A stretch of 64,000 nucleotides of DNA, taken from Negaprion brevirostris (taxonomy: Eukaryota). Below, in pieces: positions 53,901 to 64,000 of the stretch. A program made the position numbers and the translations under genes. The notes under the pieces are model-generated. The model was not told the origin of the DNA. It did not search any database and saw nothing but the letters and a program-made list of their open reading frames with translations. The DNA lies in assembly GCA_030324005.1 (NCBI GenBank), contig JARDVH010000132.1, positions 36,824,980-36,888,979 of the forward strand. Reading direction: 5' to 3'. Position 1 is the stretch's first letter; every line of letters starts with the position of its first letter.

Positions 53901-56900
53901 TACACTCGCTTTAGCTACTGTAAAATCTGCATTGTGTGCTTGTTCTATTATATCTCGGTCACAAGTAGCATTGTAGCTCTTAAACATATCTTTCGAGAAA
54001 AAGGCTCTATAGACGAAGATGTAACTTCTGACTTTTATTAGGATGGATATTTGCAGATATGAAATAAATAAAAACTATATGGTCTATGTAGCAAACTTGT
54101 TTTCGAGCTACCCGCTAAACTTAAAGTAAAAACCACACAACAGCAAAGAGGTCAATCCCATCAAAATAAAACGTAGGTTATATAGACTAAAGTAAAGGAT
54201 ATATTACATTTTAAAGATTCTCGAAAACTAATTAAACTGTAGTAATAAAACATTAGCTGTTTTTAAGCTATGAAAACAAGAAACGAGTATCAAGGGGGAG
54301 GGGGAGGGGTGGTAATCACAGCAAAGAACACAAGACCTTCCAATGAATTGGCAAGTTATCGGCAGTATCTAAAGAGATTCTGGGCAAAAACAATTAAATT
54401 ATAGTTTCTTTGTGATTAATTTATATTCCTGCATTGGGCTTCCCCCGCTTAAACATCAATTGCATTATATGTTAGCCCTGTGTAAAAGTGTGGAAGCTTT
54501 CGTCCTTTTTTTCTTTAAACTTTAAAAATTGACTTTTTGTTTTACAGTATTCGGGTCTGCGAGACTTTAGTAATGCGTCAAAACCGAACTTTTTTTTTGT
54601 TTTGCAATGGTAACATTGCTGTCTTTTACAAAATACATTACACAATTTAATCTGGAAATAAAGACCTAGATGGGAACTCAGAAGTAGAAATCAATTTTCT
54701 CTTTAAAATATATTGCTATCAATTATGAGACAGGGCGTTATAGTCACTGTCTCTCACGAATAATGTGGTTATAGTTTGCTCGGAATTTTGATGCGTAGAA
54801 CTGTTATGCACTAAGGACGAAAAGAAGATTTCATGCACCTATCATTTGTGCTAGATGTGGCAGGGATCATAATCTGGGTTACGATTGATGCTCACAGTTT
54901 GTGAGAAACTGCCCAAAGGCTAGGACTGCATGTTCGTCTGTATGCTCAAATATCCTTTTGTATTGCCGAAAATAGGGGATTTAAATATCATACACAATTA
55001 TAAATTTAAGAGACACCATCAGCTCTCTCCGAAACTCAGGGGTTAGAACAAACAAGCTGGATCTACATCAATGGATTTCTCTTTGTTCTGACTCCACACC
55101 GAACAGCTGCTTTGGCGAACTCTGCATTTCCACTTCATGTTCGGCGTTAAAGTGCTAGCCGTTGATCCAATTTTATTCTTAGATAGAACTAGACAATGAG
55201 TATAATGTGTTTTTAATAGTCTCAACTGGTTCAAAAATAAACTGCATTTCCCACTCTTTAGAACAATGAAAAAAAACCAAGCAGGTTGGTTTCGAGTAAG
55301 CTCGGTGCATGTTTTATACCCGGCGCATTGATAAAACACAGCATGGAGAAAGGCTGGCACGGAAATAAGACATTCAGCACACCGAGTCCACTCTTTTCAT
55401 AATATTGTGTACAATTTAAACTGTCGTGGCCTCTCCTAGAAATATTAATATCCTGATCAGGATAAACAATCACAGGTAAAATGTCTAAGGAAGGAAGAGA
55501 GAAGAAAGATGACATATATTCCTGACCACCCACCGTTGCCCGGTGGTCGCAATTGTGATACCTTGCATTAAGGAACGACGTGAGCCCAAATTCAACATAC
55601 TTTGAAGTATACACCTTTTTTATCAAGTACCCATGATAAAAAAAAGAAATTGGAAAGCATTGTGTTGGATTATCCCTTATTTTAAATACGTATTCTGGGA
55701 AATGTATTTTGGCGAAGAAGTTATTTTGTAACACTTGCTAATTTGAGGAGTGCGATCATTCAGCGAAAACTCACTTCCATTTATCAGATGCTTGGGAATG
55801 GTGTAATACCAAACTCCTCTCAGCTATCTTCTGCAGATTCCCTCTGGAGTTTGGAGAAAAGAAAAGGTTGACATTTGTTTTTGGAGGCAACCCCAACAAA
55901 TGGGATTAGCAAAATAGCAATAAAATTTCCTGTTTTGCATGCATAGAGATTTGTGACAAAGTGGCATATTCAAATTGGAAGTTGAAGCCGAAAATTAAAT
56001 TGGAATGACCTTACTCTAAAACCTGCTGAAGTCAGTGTCAACTAATATAATTGCAGAGTGAGGCGTGGGACATTTCGCCTAGTTTCACGCTTCTTCTATA
56101 TATTCATAATTCAAGCTTAGTATCTCAGCATTAAAATTGGCCTCTTGCAGCATAAACGTTCCTAACCGACAATGTAAATACTCATGTTTAGCAATGGGAA
56201 GTGCAACTATGGGGGGGGGGGGGGGGCGCAATACCTNNNNNNNNNNNNNNNNNNNNNNNNNNNNNNNNNNNNNNNNNNNNNNNNNNNNNNNNNNNNNNNN
56301 NNNNNNNNNNNNNNNNNNNNNNNNNNNNNNNNNNNNCGCCCCCCCCCCACTACCTGTAATCATAGTCACAATCGAGGGTGAATGACAGAACTCCACAATG
56401 AATGAAAGAAACGGGCACTTAAGGTTCAGTGGCTTGTATGATGAACTTTTGTAAACTCGAAATAAACCCGAGCCGTGAGGTACGCCAAAATGTGCTGTCG
56501 TGTTGACCAGGAGCCAACATTCCTTCAACTTCTGTATCAACGCTCACATTGTGATTAAACGTGGACGATCCTTTAAGCTGTTTAATATACTGCACATTTA
56601 TCTATCCACCGGAAAGATAAACGCTTCTGGCATCTGCATGTTCTGGCTGTCGGATTTTACTTAACAAATAAGAAGATGGACCTGATATCCTGCTATAGAA
56701 TGATATATAAATACACCATCTCTCTCTAAAGAGTTCCACACTGTAAGGTCGACATTTTACTGTGTTCACTGTTAATTCATGCAGTAGATATTCTGCAGGA
56801 AGCCACCTCACCTAAGTATTGATATTTGGAAAACTTGGGATTCTCCCTCTTACTTTAATACACAAACCTTTCTAAAATAGTAAGACTTTAAACATAGTCT

Positions 56901-59900
56901 CCAGTCAACGTAGCTGAATAATGAACAGCATTCACGTTCACTTTCCAGCAACCTTTGCAAAAATTCAGAAACAGACGCAAGCATCTGGCAGGGCGTACAG
57001 CATACTTCAGAATTCACTATTGTTACCAGACACCTTTAACAACTTATTTAAAGGACAAAATCCAAAGATGGCGAGTATGTTTGGACTTGTAGCTTTATCT
57101 TCTTTGACTGAATTATTTTGGAAACCCATTAAAGCTCCCGAGAAGGCAGGAACTAGAAAGGACATGACAAGGATTCTACCCCAGATAACCATAGATAAGA
57201 ATGATAAGAACAAACCAAAGAGTACACATAACAACTATTATACCAAAAGGAAACTCCGCTTGGATATTCAAATCTTTGTGCTGCATTTAAAGAGAAGGCG
57301 AACACTTAAAAGTCATGTACTAGCCCTATAGATTGGAATCCAGAATCAGCGTATACATTCATTTGGAGAAACTTTTGTATATTTATCCGGTGTGTAAAAC
57401 CCTAATTACCGACGTCGCCAGAAAATGCCAGTCCTTATCATTCCACATAGTCGGTAAATAATGTGAGATCAGGTATCTTCTTAATGATATCCGAACTCAC
57501 AACCGCCGCTTTCCCTACATTTGCAACCTTGGAAAAAGAAAACGGAATTAAATATCTGATATGAGGCAGTGTCTCGCATTGCTTTAATGAGATGTACCAC
57601 ACTGCTTCTATTGGGTTTCCCGTCTGAATTCATTGTCCTTTCCAGTGGCTTGATTTAAATAAACCCAGAGTAGTCTCAAAACGTGCTGAGTAAACACGGT
57701 TCTGTTTGTAAAGCGGCAGGCAACATCTCTAGCTGAAAGATTGGGACTTTTTTCCCCCTCTCTCTCTCTCTCTCTCTTGGATTTAACAAAATAATGACCT
57801 ACATTACGAATGAGTGATCAGACGGCCATTTCATTGTAAGTTAATATAAGAGGAAAAGCAGTGACGTTGGACACAAACAATGGCATTCTGAATCAGCTCC
57901 TTTGATTGACGTTTGGGCTGCCCGACCTCGGGGAATAGGTTTCATTACGGAGAAGCACGCGAACATTAGGTAGGATTATTATATGTTTTAGGCCAGCTTT
58001 ACAGCCCTTAATTTTATTTCAATATCACACATATCCAAAAACCAAAAAAAAATGTGGCGGATTGCGGCAGTAAGAAAAAAAACAAAATAAAATGCAACGC
58101 CGCGATTTGGATACAACGTTCCTGTATTTGGCAGAAATACATTCAGTGCTTTCGAACGGTAAAGTAAGGCGTGATTTAAAAAAAATTAATAAAATTTGTT
58201 ATTTGCGCCACCCTAATGAATTCACGGCGAGACCAGCCCCGTGTTTTACACGACTTCATAACAGAGGCTTAACTTCCCCTTAATTCACAGGAGAAGTATT
58301 CAATCCGATTTTCCAGAACTTATTTTCAGGAAAGGCGTGTTGGGNNNNNNNNNNNNNNNNNNNNNNNNNNNNNNNNNNNNNNNNNNNNNNNNNNNNNNNN
58401 NNNNNNNNNNNNNNNNNNNNNNNNNNNNNNNNNNNNNNNNNNNNNNNNNNNNNNNNNNNNNNNNNNNNNNNNNNNNNNNNNNNNNNNNNNNNNNNNNNNN
58501 NNNNNNNNNNNNNNNNNNNNNNNNNNNNNNNNNNNNNNNNNNNNNNNNNNNNNNNNNNNNNNNNNNNNNNNNNNNNNNNNNNNNNNNNNNNNNNNNNNNN
58601 NNNNNNNNNNNNNNNNNNNNNNNNNNNNNNNNNNNNNNNNNNNNNNNNNNNNNNNNNNNNNNNNNNNNNNNNNNNNNNNNNNNNNNNNNNNNNNNNNNNN
58701 NNNNNNNNNNNNNNNNNNNNNNNNNNNNNNNNNNNNNNNNNNNNNNNNNNNNNNNNNNNNNNNNNNNNNNNNNNNNNNNNNNNNNNNNNNNNNNNNNNNN
58801 NNNNNNNNNNNNNNNNNNNNNNNNNNNNNNNNNNNNNNNNNNNNNNNNNNNNNNNNNNNNNNNNNNNNNNNNNNNNNNNNNNNNNNNNNNNNNNNNNNNN
58901 NNNNNNNNNNNNNNNNNNNNNNNNNNNNNNNNNNNNNNNNNNNNNNNNNNNNNNNNNNNNNNNNNNNNNNNNNNNNNNNNNNNNNNNNNNNNNNNNNNNN
59001 NNNNNNNNNNNNNNNNNNNNNNNNNNNNNNNNNNNNNNNNNNNNNNNNNNNNNNNNNNNNNNNNNNNNNNNNNNNNNNNNNNNNNNNNNNNNNNNNNNNN
59101 NNNNNNNNNNNNNNNNNNNNNNNNNNNNNNNNNNNNNNNNNNNNNNNNNNNNNNNNNNNNNNGCACCCCATTCCGGAGAGAAAAGGAACTGCGGAGAGGC
59201 GCCTGCAGTCACACTGGTCACAATTTAACCCCTTCCAGCTCACACATTTGCCGACCGATACATTTTATTGAATGCCTTCTCTTGTATCATTTTAAAACTA
59301 CAAAATCAAAATTAGACTGATAATACTTGATCTGTTCCGATATACAAATAAAAACAGTCTCGAAGACTTTACACAGGCTAACTTGATATATTCGTAATTA
59401 TTGTTATCAGTCAGAATCGTGTTGACAAAAATGTTTAAAAAAAACAACTTCCAGTTCGCAGCATTGACTTTTTTCCTCGCCCCTATTCCAAATGTTTTAC
59501 AAGTGCTTTAGATTGAAATAAAACATTAATCTGAGACTGCAAGCGGGGCGTGAATAGAATGGAAAGAAAATGACCCCAAAACGTGTCTGATGGGTAATTA
59601 CGGGAAGCAGGTTGAGATTCCGAATCGCTGAGGAAGGAAGCCCCATGTACTTCACAGGCTTCCTGCATCTCGCCAAGAATCTCTAATCCATATCTTTTAT
59701 CCAAATCAGGAGCCCGGAGTTCCGCGGATCATCTCAGAGCACGCCAGCTGCTGTAAGAATTTGTAGAGTTGCGGCGAAATGCAAACACCGTTAACAATAA
59801 TTCCAAATTCCTCCGTAGTAAGTATTGATTTCTGGTTTATTTTCAAAATAAAGAATTTGAACACCCCTCCAGCTGTTTCAGCTGCTGTTAAAATGAGCGG

Positions 59901-61009
59901 AGTCCCTCAGCGATAGGATCAGTGGGCATGGTAACCTTTAAGGACTGGTGTTAAAGCGCACAATACAACTCTCCATGCTAGTCCTCTCCACACTTCTAGT
60001 ATTTGACCCTCATGAAAGCCCGGTTCACACTTTTAAAAGTTTAGAATCCAATTATGAACGAGACGGGGGTCAAAATAAGAACATTTTGCATCCTAAGTTG
60101 GCGTATTACATACACATCGAGACAATTTTATTACCGGTTTCAACTGCAGAACCTAATTTATAACTGCCGAATGCATATTCGCCAATGAAAATTTTACAAA
60201 AAATAACAAGTTAATCTTGCAAACAATCTGGGAAGGAATTCAATACAAAACGCAGTCGATGGATTAACTTCGCGCAATAAAGGCTATCTTTGCCATTGAA
60301 CATCCTGAAATTCAACACGTTGAAATTCGTCAACCTTTCTCTTAAATAGCAACGAATCTGAAACAAGGACCCACGTGTAGTCTAAAAAGTATATGGAACC
60401 GTAGAGGTTTGGCGCACAAAGGGAGGCCACCCTGCCTGCGTCTGCCCTTCGCCAGAGCAATATTTATTAATTTAAAAGTGCGTTACTTGTGGTCAGCATA
60501 CCGTCTATGTGACATTGCATTCAAACAAGTAACCAAACTCCCAACCACGCATGCAGGAAGTATATGCTGTTATATTTGCAATTCGCACGAATTTCCCGCG
60601 GGCATGTTAAATGCTTTTAAGTCTATTTAGTATCACGACCTGCACTTACTCCATTTATCATTTCATACCAAGCATCACATTTTATTTCTACAACATCAGG
60701 AATGTTATTACTAGGTAGTCAAGTGAAGTGCACGTTTCTTCATTTTATGTGCAGTTCCACAAAATAGCCTTGGACTTGCCGGTGAATACACTTGCCAGGA
60801 TGATAAAACGCTGTAATGCCAAAAAAGATCAAACTGCACTTTTAGATGTTCAGATGTGCTAACGTGGTGGTAAAAATCAAAGAAGATATTAACATTCAAT
60901 AACAATTTAAAATGATAAAATATACGCTGGTAAAAATAATGTCCACAGAACAACTGGGGTAAACTGTCTCGTGCTTGCTATGTGCGAACATCAAAAACAT
61001 TCTTGAAAG

Positions 61010-61275
61010 AGGTTTAAGATATTTATCTATTAGTGTCACAAGTAGGCTTACATTAGCAGTGCAATAAAGTTACTGTGAAAATCGGCTAGTCGCCACACTC
61101 CAGCGCCTGTTCAGGTACAGGGAGGGAGAATTTAGCATGGCCAATGTACCTAAACAGCATGCCTTTTGGACTATGGGAGGAAACCGGAGCATCCGGTGGA
61201 AACTCATGCAGACACGAGGAGAATGTGCAGACTTCACACAGTGACCCAAGCCTAGAGTCGAACCTGGGTCCATGT
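61010..61275 (-). mobile_element. tRNA-derived SINE, same subfamily as 5868-6130
   Basis: atttatctattagtgtcacaagtaggcttacatt...gttactgtgaaaatc...ggaggaaaccggagcatccgg...gtcgaacctgggtcc. Confidence 0.8.
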
Positions 61276-61989
61276 TGATTTCAAAAACATTTAAAAATGG
61301 TAATCATAGGAACTGTTCCTGCTATGTTTATGATTTCACTGACATCGTGATTAGAAAAAGCAATCCTTTCCTAAGTGGCAAAATTCTTTTTAATGTATGT
61401 AAAATATCAACACATCTCTATTTGGGAAGATCAATAAACATAGGCTTTGGGCAACAAGAACAAAGTTTAGGTGATGCACAAATGATCAGTTAGCATCTGT
61501 AACCAAAAACGGAAGGTTCTGAGTTTTTGAAGTCTTCATCAGTTTGAAGTGAAATGAGCTGTTCTTTGACTTTACTGGTGTTGTCTGACTTACTGTTATG
61601 CACATATAGCATCTTTTTCCTATTAGCAGCAGTGAAGAACTAGCAGCCAACTGCTGTGTGCATCAAAGATCCTTTAATCTTTCTCAACTTAAAACTAAAA
61701 CATTATAATTATAATAATTATAAAGATTATTATCGAAAAGAGGGACATGTTGCCAAAGATTTAACTTGCATTCATCAGGACAAATACAAGAATGCCAAAA
61801 TTTCAAACCATCACAACAATTTATACTACAGGAAAATATTGTGCTGACTGGTTGACAAGTTGACTGATTGGCCAGAGCATTGATATAAAGTAATGGAGAA
61901 CTGTAGGTATCCAATCTCCAGCATAATTAAAAAAATGGAATATAATAAGAAAAATTATGCAGTTAATTGTTAATTTTAAAACTGCAGTG

Positions 61990-62132
61990 GTTAGGCTTTT
62001 GTTAGCCAAAAGTATCAGAGGATTTGGGGCAAAAGGTAAAAGGGGTATATGGCGTTTAGTTACAGTTCAGCCATGATCTAATTGAATGGTGGAACAAGAC
62101 CTAAATGGCCTACTCTTGTTCCATGTTCCTAA
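61990..62132 (+). mobile_element. CR1 LINE 3' end
   Basis: tcagccatgatctaattgaatggtggaaca...aatggcctactcttgttcc, as at 17270-17345. Confidence 0.7.
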
Positions 62133-62439
62133 TGCTTACTTTTCAGGCTTTGATTACTGCTGTAGCAGTTCCTATTTAATGACCCAACTCGCAAACAAAA
62201 AAAACCAGCCTTTTCTCCACTTTTGCTATCATTTGTCAATATGCTGTGGTAGGACTCCTTAGAGTAACACAAACACAGCTGATAGTTTGTTAGTGCTTTC
62301 TCCCCTTCATGTTTTCCAATTACAGCAAAGAAATGTGCAAGACTATCAGAGTTAAATACTTTATTTGGAAGCCTTTCAGCCAGTTAGTTGGTATTTAGTA
62401 GCTCACAGGTGAGCCCCTGAAGGTTTGGACATACAATCA

Positions 62440-63960
62440 TAGCATGCTAGAGCATGCAAACGGAAACCAGAATACAACTTATCAAGTCAAACTCATTCAG
62501 TCAGTAATTTTTACACACAAGTAATATAGTATAATCCTACCCTCCTGCTCACTCTTCATATCCTTTAACAGTCTTCCTGTAGGAGCAACTGTTCTCCCAT
62601 TTTAAATAACTTCTGGATTCTGCTTGAACAATAATTTCTGGCAGAGAATTTTGCATCCTGAATATCATGTGTAATTAATTTCTTAACCTTCAATTTTGTC
62701 GATGATGATTTTAATTTTATGTCCCCTTGTCACTATTTCACCAACCAGTGGAAAAAAAACATTATTGATATTCTCATGACCCTTCATAATCCTGAAGACT
62801 TTTAACTTCTTCCCATTTGTTTACTTTGAAGTGTATTTTCGATTTATTAGTTAGCCTAATTCTTTTTTTCTGTAATTTACCATACTTCCAATTTGGTGTC
62901 AACAGTACATTTCAACATTCAATTTTTAATCCTAGATCATTTGTGTATTTTACAAATAACAACGGGTTTAACAAAAACACCTGTGTAACATTACTTGCCA
63001 CATCTTTTCAGCCCATGAGAAGCTGCATTACTCCTACACTCTGCTTAATACCTATCAACATACTTTCCACGTGACCATATTCCTCTTAATTACCCTCTGT
63101 TTCCACTTTACCAAATACTTCTGAAAATCCATATAAATCACTTGCGCCTCAACTCCTTTATCTCTCCTGTCTATTTTTCTTACTAGTTCAAAAAGTCTGG
63201 TCAATCTTGATCTTCCCTTTATGAATCCATGCTAGGAATCCATCCCAGATTAAATCATGTTTTTCCAAGCGCTTAGCAATTTTATTCTGTGTCATAAGCA
63301 CAAGCAGTTATCCAACACCCTCCAATGAAATTAACTGGCCTATGACTTCCCAACTTAACTGTGTTTCCTATCTTGAAGAAAAAAATCCACATTTGCCTTG
63401 CTCCAGTCCCTCAGCAATATTTTGTTACAATCCCTGTAGACACTGATAACTTTTAAAAAGATATTTGAATTTCTTGTGACTGACTGGAAGGATCACATGA
63501 CAAGAATTAACATTTTAAGGATTTTTAAAGCTAAAAGCAACATTGCCTAAACAATATTAAGTAGGAAACTTATACTCTAAACTACAGAGAAGATTCCCCA
63601 GTTAATTTTTGGAATGATCAAAAATAATTCATCCATGGTTATACATTACTCTATGCCTTGAGTGAACACTTCATTTTCTAGGAATCAGCCCAAGATATTC
63701 TTAGCTCCCAATGGCTTTCTTCATTTCCCCTTTGCTAACCAGATTACTTCTAATCCTTGAACTGACTTTAATAGTGGGGATTACCACAAAGATTCCTCCC
63801 TCTACTCTAGCTGGATCGTCCAGTCTCTTTCTCTCTTTTGGCTCTCTCAAGAAGTATTATAGAAAAAAACCTGCAACCCAATCCCACAATTGCTTCCTAT
63901 AGAATATTCCCTCCTAAGGCCCATCTCCATGGATCATGAATCAGATAGATCTGGTATTGA
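62440..63960 (-). mobile_element. Old CR1 LINE fragments
   Basis: cttcccttttatgaatccatgct (QHGFIKG reversed), ttctgaaaatccatata (YMDFQK reversed), aaattaactggccta (RPVNF reversed). Confidence 0.55.
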
Positions 63961-64000
63961 GGTAGAAATGATAATTATTTACTTTCTAAACCCTGAGCTC

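Noticed and set aside
53479-57331. ORFs of 136-158 aa (53479-53898, 55258-55734, 56085-56540, 56921-57331)
   Set aside because: No recognisable homology or coding-like composition; most lack an ATG start and one spans a gap. Cannot be called CASC10 or NEBL exons.
58280-59320. ORFs of ~300 aa
   Set aside because: Almost entirely N; artefacts of the gap.

Overview
Vertebrate genomic DNA, most likely a cartilaginous fish (shark) draft assembly, inferred from the repeat families and the many N gaps. It holds the conserved head-to-head locus MLLT10 (AF10) / SKIDA1. On the minus strand are the first four coding exons of MLLT10 (28601-28457, 24972-24893, 23548-23494, 8073-7856), encoding the PHD-Zn knuckle-PHD (PZP) module; the gene runs off the left edge. 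On the plus strand is the single-exon SKIDA1 CDS (45508, or 45445, to 47961). The left ~37 kb is full of decayed CR1, Rex1/Babar and RTE LINEs, tRNA-derived SINEs and Penelope-like palindromes. From ~37.4 to ~60.9 kb I see no recognisable transposons and CpG is visibly retained; this domain opens with a promoter-like region built from a duplicated PBX/PREP + CCAAT module. I found no convincing new biological system. The best leads are regulatory architecture (duplicated promoter module, SKIDA1 uORF cluster, transposon-free domain), small MLLT10 sequence oddities, transposon biology, and two assembly gaps that can be closed from their flanks.
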